Source of the DNA: Octopus sinensis
Lineage: Eukaryota
Assembly: GCF_006345805.1 (NCBI RefSeq)
Contig: NC_042999.1
Coordinates: 160,146,001-160,210,000 of the forward strand
Direction of reading: 5' to 3'
Length of the DNA: 64,000 nucleotides
The notes beneath the pieces were generated by a model. It was not told the DNA's origin. It was given only the letters and a program-made list of their open reading frames with translations, and ran no database searches. Shown here piece by piece: positions 63,060 through 64,000 of the stretch. Numbering within the stretch: the stretch's first letter is position 1; the number at the start of each line of letters is the position of its first letter. The position numbers and the translations under genes were made by a program.

Positions 63060-63310
63060 GGCGCGTGGCTTAGTGGTTAAGGTGTCAGCATCATGATCGT
63101 AAGATTGTGGTTTCGATTCCTGGACTGGGCGACGTGTTGTGTTCTTGAGCAAAACACTTCATTTCACGTTGCTCCAGTTCACTCAGCTGGCAAAAATGAG
63201 TAACGCTGCGATGGACTGGCGTCCCGTCCAGCTGGTGAACACATACGCCATAGAAACCGGGAAACCGGGCCCATGAGCCTGGTTAGGCTTTAAAAGGGCG
63301 CGCAAAAAAA
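63060..63310 (+). mobile_element. tRNA-derived SINE, family E, with poly(A) tail and 16-bp TSD
   Basis: A-box TGGCTTAGTGG, B-box GGTTTCGATTCC, GCGATGGACTGGCGTCCCGTCCAG body. TSD TATACATTAGAGTGGA at 63044-63059 and 63311-63326. Confidence 0.85.
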
Positions 63311-64000
63311 TATACATTAGAGTGGAAAAAGACTGGATGGCCATGGCTGAAATGCTTTTGATTATAGGTCAGCTCATTCAAAACTTAGCTAGGGATAAAC
63401 ATCAACAATTATACTGAATTACAAATGTAGATAATTTGACGACATTAAAAATCATTACAACTCTCAAGTCCTGCAACAGAATATAAGATATTTCAGTCAT
63501 ATTTTCATGTATGAGGAAGGAGATTGGTCGGTATGGTGACTGAAGAGGATATGAACCTGTCATAAATTTCAGTATGCGAGAGATGCACTCGACAATTAGT
63601 GATCAGCTCTAAATGGACCATTGATAATTTAGGCGGCTGTCAGAAGTCATGCATGATCAGAAAGAACATATTAAATAACTGACATACGTGTAACAGTTGT
63701 AAATTTCTGACAAATTTAATATACAATATAATGCCTAATTTACTAATTGCTGTTAATGACATTTCCAGGGACAATATCAGTTAATTTAAAACTTCTCTGC
63801 AGTAAAAGTGAAATTGTTTTTTTTGTACAGATTATGACATATCAATTTATTGGAGAGAAGAAATGAGATTTTTAATGTTTTACCTTTTAGTTCTCAGCAG
63901 ACTGATACTCAGAATTCTGGTTAAAAGCGGTTGTGTAAGTCATTGTTGATCTTTGAAGTTTTGAATTTGAATCATGTTCAACTAATTCCCGCAACAAAGA

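Noticed and set aside
63889-63940. Small + strand exon near the window end (TTTTAG...GT|GTAAGT)
   Set aside because: Splice-like signals alone, in AT-rich DNA, with no supporting ORF or homology.

Overview
AT-rich, repeat-dense animal genomic DNA. The SINE, microsatellite and MITE content looks like an Octopus/cephalopod genome (inference). The only host gene I can support is the 3' end of GPAA1 (GPI transamidase subunit GAA1) on the + strand: four coding exons at 437-709, 3562/3565-3761, 4469-4645 and 9971-10268, with a probable polyA signal near 10596. The first visible exon appears to use a minor-spliceosome (U12) acceptor ending in AT rather than AG, with a CCTTAAC branch point. The remaining ~53 kb is a mosaic of tRNA-derived SINEs, RTE/CR1/CRE LINE relics, non-autonomous Helitrons, piggyBac-, Merlin-, pogo- and mariner-type MITEs, decayed Tc1, maT, mariner, hAT-Buster and hATm transposases, a solo LTR and long microsatellites. 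Almost all ORFs in the supplied track are artefacts of these repeats. Best hunt results: (1) a near-complete type I hammerhead ribozyme with an extended helix I at 47742-47788 (-), plus two minimal Penelope-type hammerhead motifs at 1070-1112 (+) and 38011-38045 (-); (2) the U12 AT acceptor; (3) a circularly permuted, TIR-less maT transposon piece inside a hATm transposase; (4) a head-to-tail Helitron junction; (5) several long inverted repeats in and next to GPAA1. All alignments and folds were done by eye; no searches were run, and family assignments rest on recalled motifs.
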